From: Hyphomicrobiales bacterium
GTDB lineage: Bacteria; Pseudomonadota; Alphaproteobacteria; Rhizobiales; JANPGK01
Direction: 5' to 3'
DNA: 64,000 nt
Assembly (NCBI GenBank): GCA_031423895.1
Contig: JANPGK010000004.1
Coordinates: forward strand, 10,561-74,560
The notes under the pieces: generated by a model
Seen by the model: only the letters and a program-made list of their open reading frames with translations
Databases searched by the model: none
What the model was told of the DNA's origin: nothing
Shown here: positions 28,327 to 37,833 of the stretch, in pieces
How positions within the stretch are numbered: the first letter of the stretch is position 1
Layout: every line of letters starts with the position of its first letter
Translations under genes and position numbers: made by a program

Positions 28327-29493
28327 ATGGAGAATCATGCACAAAAAACCAGTGATTTGGCAAGTTTGCGGGTGGAATCCGCCTCTGGCAAATCCGCAAT
28401 TGTGCATGTGGGCGGGGCGTGGCGGATTGGCGCGCATGCACAATTGCTTGAATTGGTGGCTCTTGGGCGGGTGGCTCTGCCGCTCACATTAAATTCTGTT
28501 CGTTTTGAGTGCACACAATTGCAGCAAATAGATACGGCCGGCGCCATGGTGTTGAAGGCGTTATATGACGAGCTGGCGGCGCGCAAATTGGCGGTGGAAT
28601 GGCAGAATGTCCCTACGCACAGCGCTGGGTTGCTCGAGCGGGTGATGCTGGCCAATATTGTGCCTGATGTGCAGAATGTTGCGCCATCCTCGTTGATCAG
28701 CGCGGTATGCGCCCCCATCGGCAAGGCGTTGGTGGAAAGCTGGCGTGATCTTCTCCAAATTATTGGGTTTTTAGGCGCGGTGCTGCAAAGCTTCGGTGCT
28801 ATGTGTATGGGGAAAATCCCCTTTCGGCGCACGTCTATGGTGTTTCACATGCAACAAGCGGGGCTGAATGCGGTGCCGATTGTGGCGCTGATCTCGTTCC
28901 TCATTGGCGCAATTGTGGCACAACAAGGGGCGTATCAGCTGCGGCGTTTTGGCGCCGATGTGTTCACGGTGAATTTGGTGGGTGTGCTGGTGCTGCGGGA
29001 AATTGGGGTGCTACTCACCGCCATTATGTTTGCGGGGCGCTCGGGCAGTGCGTTTACGGCTGAGATTGGCGCGATGAAAATGCGCGAGGAAATTGACGCC
29101 CTGCGCGTGATGGGGCGCGACCCTGTGCATGTGTTGGTGGTGCCACGTTTATGCGCGCTGGTGCTTTCATTGCCGCTGCTTACCATTATCAGCGATTTTG
29201 CCGCGCTATTTGGCGCGATGATTGTGTCATGGGTGTATATTGGGCTAGAGCCGACGGCGTTTTTGGTACAGCTGCGCGAGGCGATCGCGCTGAAAACAGT
29301 GCTTACGGGGCTTTCCAAAGCGCCATTTATGGCGTTGTTTATCGGCATTATTGCCTGCCTTGAGGGCATGAAGGTGCAAGGCAGTGCCGATTCCTTGGGT
29401 CAACAAACCACCTCATCAGTGGTGAAATCAATTTTTGTTGTGCTGGTGCTTGATGGTATTTTTGCCATGATATTTGCTGCGTTGGAGTGGTAA
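28327..29493 (+). CDS. MlaE-family ABC permease with an N-terminal STAS-like domain
   Basis: The C-terminal ~260 aa is a multi-TM MlaE-like region (..GRSGSAFTAEIGAMKMREEIDALRVMG..). The N-terminal ~110 aa resembles a STAS/MlaB-like module. Confidence 0.8.
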   Translation: MENHAQKTSDLASLRVESASGKSAIVHVGGAWRIGAHAQLLELVALGRVALPLTLNSVRFECTQLQQIDTAGAMVLKALYDELAARKLAVEWQNVPTHSAGLLERVMLANIVPDVQNVAPSSLISAVCAPIGKALVESWRDLLQIIGFLGAVLQSFGAMCMGKIPFRRTSMVFHMQQAGLNAVPIVALISFLIGAIVAQQGAYQLRRFGADVFTVNLVGVLVLREIGVLLTAIMFAGRSGSAFTAEIGAMKMREEIDALRVMGRDPVHVLVVPRLCALVLSLPLLTIISDFAALFGAMIVSWVYIGLEPTAFLVQLREAIALKTVLTGLSKAPFMALFIGIIACLEGMKVQGSADSLGQQTTSSVVKSIFVVLVLDGIFAMIFAALEW

Positions 29494-29495
29494 AC

Positions 29496-30296
29496 ATGGC
29501 CCCTAAAATTATCATACCCGACACATTGGCCATCCGCGTGCAGGGGCTGTTTGTCACGCTGGGCGGCCACGAGATTTTGAATAATCTGGATTTAGACGTG
29601 CAAAAAGGCGAAATATTGGGCGTTGTGGGGGCGTCTGGCACGGGCAAGTCGGTGCTGCTGCGCGCCATATTGGGCATGGTGCCGCGCACTGCACGCACGT
29701 TGGGTGTGCTGGGCGTGGATATGCTGCGCGCCGATGATGCGCAAAAAGTGGCGATCGGCCAGCGCGTGGGATTGTTATTTCAGCAAGGCGCATTGTTTTC
29801 GGCGCTCACTGTGCAGCAAAATGTAGAGTTTGTGCTGAAGGAAACCTATGCGCTCAGCGCTGCCGATGTGGCCGATTTGGCGCGGATGAAAATTGCGCTG
29901 GCGGGCCTGCCCATGAGTGCCTGCGATAAGTTTCCATCGCAGCTTTCGGGCGGGATGATCAAGCGGGCGGCGCTGGCGCGTGCCATTGCGCTCGACCCTG
30001 AAATTTTATTCCTCGATGAGCCCACCGCAGGGCTCGACCCGATTGGCGCGCAGGAATTTGATATTTTGGTGCGCGATTTGCAGAAAACACTTGGCCTCAC
30101 CGTGTTTATGGTGACACATGATTTGCACTCGTTGTTTTTGGCGTGTGACAGAATTGCAGCATTGGGCGATAAGCGCGTGCTGGTGTGCGATACGATGGAG
30201 AATGTGCGTGCATTTGACCATCCGTGGATTCACAGCTACTTTAACGGACCGCGTGCGGCATCGATTCATACAGACGGATTTTTGGAGTCGCATTAA
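29496..30296 (+). CDS. MlaF-like ABC transporter ATP-binding protein
   Basis: Walker A GASGTGKS, signature LSGGMIKR and Walker B ILFLDEP. I preferred ATG 29496 (GGAG upstream) over the GTG at 29487. Confidence 0.85.
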   Translation: MAPKIIIPDTLAIRVQGLFVTLGGHEILNNLDLDVQKGEILGVVGASGTGKSVLLRAILGMVPRTARTLGVLGVDMLRADDAQKVAIGQRVGLLFQQGALFSALTVQQNVEFVLKETYALSAADVADLARMKIALAGLPMSACDKFPSQLSGGMIKRAALARAIALDPEILFLDEPTAGLDPIGAQEFDILVRDLQKTLGLTVFMVTHDLHSLFLACDRIAALGDKRVLVCDTMENVRAFDHPWIHSYFNGPRAASIHTDGFLESH

Positions 30297-31157
30297 ATGG
30301 AAACTACGGCTCGCCACACATTGATAGGGGCTTTTGCCATCGCTGTTTTGGCGATTGGCTTGCTGTTTCTCTATTGGGTTGCGGGTGTGAAAACCAACCG
30401 TGATGTAAAAGAATTTTATGTGATTTTTCAAGGTTCGGTCAGCGGCCTTTCGGAAGGCGGGGGCGTGCTGTTCAACGGCTTGAAGGTGGGTGATGTGCGC
30501 AAAATTGCGCTCAACCCTGGTAATCCTACTGAAGTGCGCGCGTTGATTAAAGTGGATCGGCTCACGCCCGTGCATACTGATACACGCGTGTTGCTGAGTT
30601 ATCAGGGCCTCACGGGGGTGGCATCGATTGAGCTAACAGGCGGCAGCCCTACCGCCCCATTGCTGAAATATGGCAGCGATGGCGACGCCGCAACCATGTA
30701 TGCCGAGCGCACATTGCTGCAGAATATTACCGACAGGGCGCAAGAAACCATCACCCGCGTGAATGAGCTGTTAATTAAGTTTGACGCGGTTGTGGCCGCG
30801 ATCGACCCCACCAGCATTGGCAAATTCACCACCGCATTGGGGGATAGCGCGCCTGCGATCCAAAATTTGATGCAGGATTCCGCCGCTACCGCTAAAAAAT
30901 TAAATGCCTTGGCAGATAAGCTCGACACGATCACCACGCAACTTTCGGGCGATAAGGGCAAAAAAGGCCTAATCCCAGAAGCCACCGAAACCATTGTGAG
31001 CATTCGCAAAACCGCCAATAGCCTGAATAAAATGTCGGATACCGACCTCAAAAGCCTGATGATTGACACCCGCAAAACGGTGAATTCGGTGGATCGGTTT
31101 GTGAATAGCTTAGAGCGCCACCCCAACCAGCTGATTTTTGGCAAGCCGGCGGAGTGA
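30297..31157 (+). CDS. MlaD/MCE-family substrate-binding protein
   Basis: N-terminal TM anchor, then an MCE domain (FYVIFQGSVSGLSEGGGVLFNGLKVGDV), then a helical C-terminus. Confidence 0.8.
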   Translation: METTARHTLIGAFAIAVLAIGLLFLYWVAGVKTNRDVKEFYVIFQGSVSGLSEGGGVLFNGLKVGDVRKIALNPGNPTEVRALIKVDRLTPVHTDTRVLLSYQGLTGVASIELTGGSPTAPLLKYGSDGDAATMYAERTLLQNITDRAQETITRVNELLIKFDAVVAAIDPTSIGKFTTALGDSAPAIQNLMQDSAATAKKLNALADKLDTITTQLSGDKGKKGLIPEATETIVSIRKTANSLNKMSDTDLKSLMIDTRKTVNSVDRFVNSLERHPNQLIFGKPAE

Positions 31158-31183
31158 GTGAGTCTTCATTCTCAATAATCGTT

Positions 31184-31265
31184 GTTATCCTGAGGCATCG
31201 CCGAAGGATCTCTTGCCGCCTCAGGCTCCGTTCAGGGAGATCCTTCACCTGCGGTTCAGAATGAC
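31184..31265. repeat. Family-A palindromic repeat, copy 2 (intergenic between mlaD and the RND gene)
   Basis: Sequence GTTATCCTGAGGCATCGCCGAAGGATCTC...GGGAGATCCTTCAC...TTCAGAATGAC. Degenerate extra terminus-like motifs flank it (TCATTCTCA at 31167, CTCAGGATAGC at 31275). Confidence 0.75.
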
Positions 31266-31290
31266 ATGAAAGTTCTCAGGATAGCTGCGA

Positions 31291-34200
31291 TCACACCCGT
31301 TTCTTCCGCCGCTCCGTGAGCATTAACATCGCTGGGGTGATCACCAACGTGAGCACCGTGGCGAAGCCGAGGCCATACACGATAGCGGTGGAGAGCTGAA
31401 TCCACCACTGGGTGGCAGGTGCGCCAACTGTCACCTCACGCAGGGTGAAGTCGATATTCACCGCAAATGCGATGGGCAATACGCCCAAAATGGCGGTGAT
31501 GGCGGTGAGCAGCACGGGCCGCGTGCGTTCCGCACAGGTGAGGCGAATGGCCTCAGTAAGCTCCACGCCGGCTTTGCGGTAGTGCTCGAAGGTGTCGATC
31601 AACACAATGTTGTTGTTCACCACCACGCCCGCAAGCGCAATAATGCCAATGCCTGTCATTACAATTGAGAAGGATTGTTGCATGGCCAAAAGGCCGATAA
31701 ACACGCCGATTGTGGACATAAACACGGCCGATAGCACCAGACCCACCGAGCGAAAACGATTGAATTGCGCTAGCAAAATGGCGAAAATCATGAAGACCGC
31801 CACACCAAAGGCCTTGATCAAAAACGCGCCCGCTTGCTTTTGCTCTTCATCTTGCCCGCGCATGCCATACATCACGCCCAGCGGAAATTTTTCCTTGGCG
31901 AGCGTTTGTGTGATTTCATCGCGCACGGCTGTGGCGTTATATTCGTTTTTAATATTGGCCTCAATGGTGATTTGGCGCTGGCCATTAATGCGTTTGAGCT
32001 GCCCCACGCGCGGTGCAGGTTCGCGCTTCATAAATTGGCTGATGGGCACAAAGCCTTTGGTGGTGGCCACGCGCACATCGTCTAAATCATTCAGCGTGCG
32101 GCGGTCTTCGGGGAAGCGGATGATGGCATCCACTGACTGTGTCACATCATCTGGCCGATAATTCGAGATGATCACGCCATTTGTCACCATTTTAATGGCA
32201 TTGCCCACGCTGGCTGCGGTCACGCCATATTTGGCGGCTTCGGCTTTATCGATCGAGATTTTCCAATCAATGCCTGGCAATTGCGCGCCATCATCCACAT
32301 CGCGCGCGGCGGGGTGTGCCCGCACCACATTGGCGATGACTTTTGCCGCGGCGTTGAGATTTTCGGGGTTGAGGCTCACCACCTGAATTTTAATGGGTTT
32401 GCCCGTGGGAGGCCCCGCTTCTGGCGATTTTGGTTCCACAAAAATACCCGGAATATCCGCCGTGTCAATACGAATATCCTCGAGTACATCGAGCGCAGGC
32501 TTGCGGCTTTGCCAATCTGCAAATTCAAATTGGATGACACCCACAACATCTTCGGGCACGTCTTGGCCACCCACCACCTTACCCACACGGGTATAGATAG
32601 ACTTCAGCTCCTTCTTGCCCACAAGGCGTGCTTCAACTTGCTTTACCAGCTCATCTTTTTCGGTGATAGAGAGGTTGCCGCGTGCGTGTACATAAATCAG
32701 GCCATAGTCTGGCTCGACCTTCGGGAAAAATTCCACGCCTTTGCCCAACATGCTATGCACAACGGGGATGAAAATCAGTAGCGCCAAAGTGCCCAATACC
32801 ATGCGCCATGGGCGAGTGATTGATTGCTCAATCGCCCACCAATATAGCCCCTCGCGCTTTTTGCTGGGCGCATGGTCGTGGTTGAATTTGGCGAATTTTG
32901 CACCCAGCACGGGCGCGAATATAAGCGCATATAGCAGCGAGGCCGAAAGCGTGGCGATCAGCGTAATCGGCATATATTTCATGAATTGGCCAACAATTCC
33001 CGGCCAAAACAGCAGCGGCGAGAAGGCGGCCACACGGGTGGCGGTGGCGGCCAGCACAGGCCCTACCATGCGGGTGGAGGCTTCCACATAGGCGGTTTTG
33101 GGGTCGGCACCTTCTGCCATGCGTCTATCAGCATATTCTGCCACAATAATGGTGTCATCCACCAACATGCCCACGGCCAAAATCAGCGAAAACAGCACCA
33201 CAATATTCACCGTGAGGCCAGACAGCGAAAGCCACAACATGCCCATGAGGAACGAGGCGGGAATTGAAAGGCCAATGAGCAGCGATGAGCTGCCGCCCAA
33301 ACTCCACAACACAATGATGAACACCAAAATCACAGCGGTGATCACGCTATTTTGCAGATCGGCCAACATATTGCGGATGTTTTTCGATTTATCCTGTGTG
33401 AAGGTGACCGTGATGCCATCTGGCCATGTTTTTGAGATGGTGCCCACGGTTTTTTTCACCAAATCAACGGTATCGATTAGGTTAGCGCCTAACCTCTTAG
33501 AGACTTCCAGCGCGATGGCCTTTTTGCCATCCAGCCGTGTGAGCGTTTCGGGGTCTTTAAATGTGGCGCGAATTTCAGCCAAATCTCGCGCGGTGATCAC
33601 ACCATCTGGCCCTGCCACCACAGGCAAATCCGCAACATCGCGCACAGTTTCCAGCAATGCGGGCACTTTTACGGCATAGCGGCCTTGGCCACTTTCCAGC
33701 GTGCCAGCGGCAATGAGTTGGTTGTTGGCCTTGGCGAAGGTCGAGAATTGATCGACCGAAATGCCATAGGCGCTTAGCACGCGCGGGTCGACAATAATCT
33801 CTGTTACCTCGTCGCGCGCGCCCGCCAGTTCGGCCTTCAGCACGCCTTTGGTTTCTTGAATTCTGTCCTTCAAATCCTTGGCAATGCGCACCAATGTGCG
33901 TTCAGGCACATTGCCCGAAAGGTTCACCACCAATACGGGGAACAGGCTCAGATTCACCTCTTCCACGGTGGGTTGGTCCATATTGGTGGGGAGGTCGCGC
34001 TTGGAATCGTCGAGCTTGGCGCGCACATCGGCGATGGCTTTTTTAATATCTTGCCCTGCTTCAAATTCCAGCAGCACATAGCCGCCGCCTTCAAACGCGG
34101 TGGAGCGCATTTCCTTCACATTGGCGATGGATTTAAATTGGGTTTCCACTGGCCGCAGCAGCAGGCGCTCAGCATCTTCTGGTGCAATGCCTTGCAGCGA

Positions 34201-34350
34201 AAGCCGTGCATACACAATTGGCACCTGCACATCGGGCTCGGCCTCTTTGGGAATCTCTGAATAGGCCACAAACCCCGCAATCAGCAAGAACACCAGCGTG
34301 GCGAGGGTGAGTTTGGAGCGGTGGATTGCACCTTCAACGATTTTTTGCAT
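31291..34350 (-). CDS. RND efflux transporter permease (AcrB/AcrD/AcrF family)
   Basis: 1019-aa ORF with the 12-TM, two-large-loop RND layout and typical N-terminal (SKLTLATLVFLLIAG..) and TM4 regions. Confidence 0.9.
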   Translation of the reverse strand: MQKIVEGAIHRSKLTLATLVFLLIAGFVAYSEIPKEAEPDVQVPIVYARLSLQGIAPEDAERLLLRPVETQFKSIANVKEMRSTAFEGGGYVLLEFEAGQDIKKAIADVRAKLDDSKRDLPTNMDQPTVEEVNLSLFPVLVVNLSGNVPERTLVRIAKDLKDRIQETKGVLKAELAGARDEVTEIIVDPRVLSAYGISVDQFSTFAKANNQLIAAGTLESGQGRYAVKVPALLETVRDVADLPVVAGPDGVITARDLAEIRATFKDPETLTRLDGKKAIALEVSKRLGANLIDTVDLVKKTVGTISKTWPDGITVTFTQDKSKNIRNMLADLQNSVITAVILVFIIVLWSLGGSSSLLIGLSIPASFLMGMLWLSLSGLTVNIVVLFSLILAVGMLVDDTIIVAEYADRRMAEGADPKTAYVEASTRMVGPVLAATATRVAAFSPLLFWPGIVGQFMKYMPITLIATLSASLLYALIFAPVLGAKFAKFNHDHAPSKKREGLYWWAIEQSITRPWRMVLGTLALLIFIPVVHSMLGKGVEFFPKVEPDYGLIYVHARGNLSITEKDELVKQVEARLVGKKELKSIYTRVGKVVGGQDVPEDVVGVIQFEFADWQSRKPALDVLEDIRIDTADIPGIFVEPKSPEAGPPTGKPIKIQVVSLNPENLNAAAKVIANVVRAHPAARDVDDGAQLPGIDWKISIDKAEAAKYGVTAASVGNAIKMVTNGVIISNYRPDDVTQSVDAIIRFPEDRRTLNDLDDVRVATTKGFVPISQFMKREPAPRVGQLKRINGQRQITIEANIKNEYNATAVRDEITQTLAKEKFPLGVMYGMRGQDEEQKQAGAFLIKAFGVAVFMIFAILLAQFNRFRSVGLVLSAVFMSTIGVFIGLLAMQQSFSIVMTGIGIIALAGVVVNNNIVLIDTFEHYRKAGVELTEAIRLTCAERTRPVLLTAITAILGVLPIAFAVNIDFTLREVTVGAPATQWWIQLSTAIVYGLGFATVLTLVITPAMLMLTERRKKRV

Positions 34351-34365
34351 GGGTGCTTCTCTCTT

Positions 34366-34662
34366 TTAGGCGGAAACTGGCAGGGCTTCTACTTTTAATC
34401 GAAACCCAATAGCTGCCATTACTTTGGCCACGGTTTCAAGCTTAGGGTGGCCAGTGCGAGAAAAGGCTTTATAAAGCCCCGCACGGGTGAGGTCTGTTTT
34501 TTGCGCAATTTCACTCACACCACGGGCACGCATAATATCGCCAACGGCATCGCAAAAAGTTTCAATATCGCCGTCCTCGATGAGGAAATTGAGGAAAAAC
34601 GCCATTTCTTCATCATTTTTGTAAGAATTCATGATACTCCAAGGGCGGGTTTCTAGTGGCAT
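34366..34662 (-). CDS. Antitoxin, addiction-module antidote protein (HTH, HigA-like)
   Basis: The sequence ..FLNFLIEDGDIETFCDAVGDIMRARGVSEIAQKTDLTRAGLYKAFSRTGHPKLETVAKVMAAIGFRLKV matches the antidote family that pairs with RelE/ParE-type killer proteins. The start could instead be the internal ATG at 34632. Confidence 0.8.
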   Translation of the reverse strand: MPLETRPWSIMNSYKNDEEMAFFLNFLIEDGDIETFCDAVGDIMRARGVSEIAQKTDLTRAGLYKAFSRTGHPKLETVAKVMAAIGFRLKVEALPVSA

Positions 34663-34967
34663 TGTGGTCTCCTATATTCGTGTGCCATAGCAATGGCTTT
34701 TTGAATGTCGCGTGTCTGTGTGCTTTTATCGCCACCGGCCAGTACGATGATAAGTTCATGGCCTTGTTGTATGAAATAGATACGATACCCTGCACCAAAC
34801 GTAAATCTAAGCTCAAACACGCCTTCGCCTACACTTTTATAGTCTCCAAAATTGCCTTTTTGAAGACGTATTAGCCTTTGACGAATACGCGCACGTACAA
34901 CCAAATCACGCAAGTTGTGCATCCAATCATGAAAAGCTTGCGTTTCTTCAATCGTATAGTGGTTCAT
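34653..34967 (-). CDS. Type II toxin, RelE/ParE superfamily (addiction-module killer protein)
   Basis: 104-aa ORF (..FHDWMHNLRDLVVRARIRQRLIRLQKGNFGDYKSVGEGVFELRFTFGAGYRIYF...VLAGGDKSTQTRDIQKA). The toxin-first gene order matches HigBA-like modules. Confidence 0.8.
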   Translation of the reverse strand: MNHYTIEETQAFHDWMHNLRDLVVRARIRQRLIRLQKGNFGDYKSVGEGVFELRFTFGAGYRIYFIQQGHELIIVLAGGDKSTQTRDIQKAIAMAHEYRRPQCH

Positions 34968-35004
34968 ATTGTATACTACAGTTTGCAGTTGTCAACTATA
35001 ATTG

Positions 35005-36138
35005 TCACTTTGAATTAGATTCAACCGCTGTAACCACCTCACCATCGATCACAAAATCTTGCCCCACTACGATCATGCGGGCGTCATTGGGCAGGCCTGT
35101 CACCCAAAGCTCATCTTGGGTGTCGTCCACAATGGTGACAGGGTAAAACTGGGTTTTGTTGGCAGCATCCACCACGCGCACGCCCATCACGCCTTTGTCG
35201 TTGAGGGTGAGAGATGAGCGACGAATTTTGCTTGCAGGTGCAGATTCCATCGCAATGGCGAGGGTGACACTGGCGCCTTCAGGCACGCGCATATCGGCAT
35301 TTTTAATGCTGGCTTCCACGCGGAATGTGCGAGTGCCGGCCTGCGCAGAACGACTGACATAGGTGAGCGTGCCCTCTAAATTTGTGCCATCGGGCGTGCG
35401 CACTTGCACGGTTTGCCCAGCGGTTAAACGGGCTACGGCGCGCTCCGACACTTCGCCGATTACCTTCAATGGGTCGAGCACCACCACTTGGGCGAGCTTG
35501 TCGCCTTGTTTTACGGCCTGTGATACATCCAGCGGCACATCGTTGAGCAATCCCGAAAATGGTGCGCGAATGGCGGCGCGGTCACGTTCGGCCAAAGCGC
35601 GCTCATAGGTGGCTTTGGCAGTGTTATATTGCGTGCGTTTTTCATCGAGCGCTTTGCGGGCACCAAACCCTTGGTCGAATAAACTTTGCTGTGCGGCAAG
35701 CTCGGCGCTGCGTTGTTTCATGAGGGTTTCACCCTCTTTGAGCATGGTGTCGCGGCCATCAAACGCAAGGCGCACTATCACGTCGCCCTCTTTCACTGGG
35801 CTGCCTTTTTTAATCGGCAATTGCGCAATTTGACCAGCGGTTTGCGCCAGAATATCTACGCGTCTGAGGGCTTCGGTGCGGCCAGTCACTTGCAGTTTGG
35901 GGCTGTGTGCCACCATGGGAACAGTTTCCACGCGCACCGATTTTTTGGTTACGGCAGCAGCGGTGGTATCGGCTTTATGGTGCGATGAAAATACGCCAGA
36001 GGCGATCCACAATGTGGCAATGGCGAGGATCACCAACGCCAACTTTTGTGCAAATGTGCGGCGGCGCCAGAAATTGAGCGTTTTTTGGCGGTATATGGTT
36101 GTGTCGAATTGCGGGTGTTTGTTGAGCATAAAAGGCAT
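35005..36138 (-). CDS. RND efflux periplasmic adaptor (membrane fusion protein)
   Basis: N-terminal TM anchor followed by the lipoyl/hairpin/beta-barrel pattern typical of the HlyD/AcrA family. Confidence 0.85.
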   Translation of the reverse strand: MPFMLNKHPQFDTTIYRQKTLNFWRRRTFAQKLALVILAIATLWIASGVFSSHHKADTTAAAVTKKSVRVETVPMVAHSPKLQVTGRTEALRRVDILAQTAGQIAQLPIKKGSPVKEGDVIVRLAFDGRDTMLKEGETLMKQRSAELAAQQSLFDQGFGARKALDEKRTQYNTAKATYERALAERDRAAIRAPFSGLLNDVPLDVSQAVKQGDKLAQVVVLDPLKVIGEVSERAVARLTAGQTVQVRTPDGTNLEGTLTYVSRSAQAGTRTFRVEASIKNADMRVPEGASVTLAIAMESAPASKIRRSSLTLNDKGVMGVRVVDAANKTQFYPVTIVDDTQDELWVTGLPNDARMIVVGQDFVIDGEVVTAVESNSK

Positions 36139-36231
36139 CCATATACGATATGATTTTGGTTTTTATATATTTTTTATGGTGTGCTGACAATGTATAATAT
36201 GTTCTATAGTAAATGAACGGGAATCGGTGCT

Positions 36232-37152
36232 ATGGCCAAAATAAATGTGAGTTCATCAACACTTTTGGCCCTCATTCCGTGGGTATTTGTGCCGATTTGG
36301 GCCACTGGTTTTATTGCGGCACGTTTAGGCACGCAAGACGCCGAACCCCTCACATTCCTAATGGTGCGTTATGTGTTAAGCGTTTTGAGCTTTGGTGCGT
36401 TGTGTTTCTTATTACCTGTAACATGGCCAAAATCTCCACGTGTTTGGGTGCACGCCTGCATTTCTGGCCTATTTTTACCTGGGCTATACTTAGCGGGCAC
36501 ATGGTGGAGCGTGGCGCATGGCTTGCCTGCTGGGCTTTCGGCGCTCATTTCAGGGTTGCAACCCGTTCTGATTGCCGTGCTGGCCGCGCGCTTTTTGGGG
36601 GAGGCGTTTTCAAAAATTCAAATTGCGGGCGTGGTGCTGGGATTTGTAGGGGTGATGTTGGTGTTGTGGCCAAAGCTTGCGGGGGTGTCTTTGGGGGATA
36701 AGCCGTTTTTGCTGGTATTTGTGGGGGGCATCGCACTATTGGGCGTGACTATGGCCTCGTTTTGGCAAAAAGCGTTCATTCCAAAAATCGACCTCACTGT
36801 GCTGGCATTTTTGCAATTTTGCGCGGGGATGGTGCTCACATTGCCATTTGCCGCCGCGTTGGAGCATTGGCATTTTGCCCATACGTGGCAAAATTGGCTT
36901 ACTATGGCGTGGTCGGTGGTGGGGCTTTCAGTGGGTTCAATCTATTTGCTGCTCTACATGATCCAGCATGGCGCCATGGCGCGGGTGTCGTCTATGATGT
37001 TTTTGGTGCCGCCCACCACCGCAATTATGGCCTTTGTGCTGTTTGGTGAGCACTTGAGTGCATTGCAAATTGCGGGCATGGCAGTGACAGCCCTAGGTGT
37101 GGCCTTGGTTTCCCGCACAATTGTGCTAGAAAAAAATGTGAATCTGCGTTAG
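36232..37152 (+). CDS. EamA/DMT-family transporter
   Basis: 306-aa ORF with ten predicted TM helices and a duplicated EamA-like organisation. Confidence 0.8.
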   Translation: MAKINVSSSTLLALIPWVFVPIWATGFIAARLGTQDAEPLTFLMVRYVLSVLSFGALCFLLPVTWPKSPRVWVHACISGLFLPGLYLAGTWWSVAHGLPAGLSALISGLQPVLIAVLAARFLGEAFSKIQIAGVVLGFVGVMLVLWPKLAGVSLGDKPFLLVFVGGIALLGVTMASFWQKAFIPKIDLTVLAFLQFCAGMVLTLPFAAALEHWHFAHTWQNWLTMAWSVVGLSVGSIYLLLYMIQHGAMARVSSMMFLVPPTTAIMAFVLFGEHLSALQIAGMAVTALGVALVSRTIVLEKNVNLR

Positions 37153-37175
37153 GATTAAAAAAAGAAAGCACGTAC

Positions 37176-37382
37176 ATGCAAATGGGTTTAAATATTTTAG
37201 CGGGTGTGGCCATGGCCACTTTGGCCATCGTGTTGGTGCTGGGTTTGCGCACCATGATGAAGGGCGATAACCCCAATGCCAGCCAGCGCTTTATGCGGAT
37301 GCGAATTATTGCGCAGGCGGTGGCATTGCTAGTACTGTTGGGTGTGATGTTGGCCAGTGGGCGCGGGCCAGGCGGTTTTTAA
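37176..37382 (+). CDS. Twin-TM small protein (HIG1-domain-like)
   Basis: 68-aa ORF with two TM helices separated by ..MKGDNPNASQRFMRMRI.., resembling alphaproteobacterial HIG1/twin-transmembrane-helix proteins. Confidence 0.6.
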   Translation: MQMGLNILAGVAMATLAIVLVLGLRTMMKGDNPNASQRFMRMRIIAQAVALLVLLGVMLASGRGPGGF

Positions 37383-37384
37383 AC

Positions 37385-37413
37385 AAAAACGCCAGCGCAT
37401 TGCTGCACTGGCG
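37385..37413 (-). terminator. Rho-independent terminator after trxA
   Basis: The minus strand reads CGCCAG-N12-CTGGCG followed by TTTTT. Confidence 0.6.
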
Positions 37414-37436
37414 GATGTATTTTAGGCCGAGATTGC

Positions 37437-37751
37437 TTATGCGGCGTCGATCATTTGCACAAGTTTCGATTTTTGCGCAGCGCCCACATGTTGCTGGGTC
37501 ATTTTGCCGGCTTTAAACACCAATAAGGTTGGAATGGCGCGCACACCATATTGCGATGGGGTGTTTGGGTTTTCGTCGATGTTCACTTTTACAATTTTTA
37601 CATCGGCGCGCTCAGCGGCCAATTCATCGAGCAATGGCGCGATTTGGCGGCACGGGCCACACCATGGTGCCCAAAAATCGACCAAAACGGTGGTGGAGGA
37701 TTGCAATACTTCTGCGTCGAAGTTTGCGTCGGTCACTTGCACTAATGCCAT
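37437..37751 (-). CDS. trxA: Thioredoxin
   Basis: WCGPC active site in a 104-aa thioredoxin fold ([18 protein letters not shown]...). Confidence 0.95.
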   Translation of the reverse strand: MALVQVTDANFDAEVLQSSTTVLVDFWAPWCGPCRQIAPLLDELAAERADVKIVKVNIDENPNTPSQYGVRAIPTLLVFKAGKMTQQHVGAAQKSKLVQMIDAA

Positions 37752-37833
37752 TGGGGATGCTCCTTATTTCAAAACTATAAATGGGATGAAAACATGCAAT
37801 CGTCAAGGGCAATCGCAGTATTTCACTCAATTC

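Noticed and set aside
34968-35004. TTGACA-16 nt-TACAAT promoter-like pair in front of the toxin gene.
   Set aside because: The -10 hexamer abuts the toxin ATG directly, so a transcript starting ~7 nt downstream would lack the start codon. Read-through from the MFP gene is the simpler explanation.
36193-36198. TATAAT hexamer upstream of the EamA transporter gene as a promoter.
   Set aside because: No acceptable -35 element lies at 16-18 nt; the nearby TGACAA is only ~3 nt away. The evidence is too weak to annotate.
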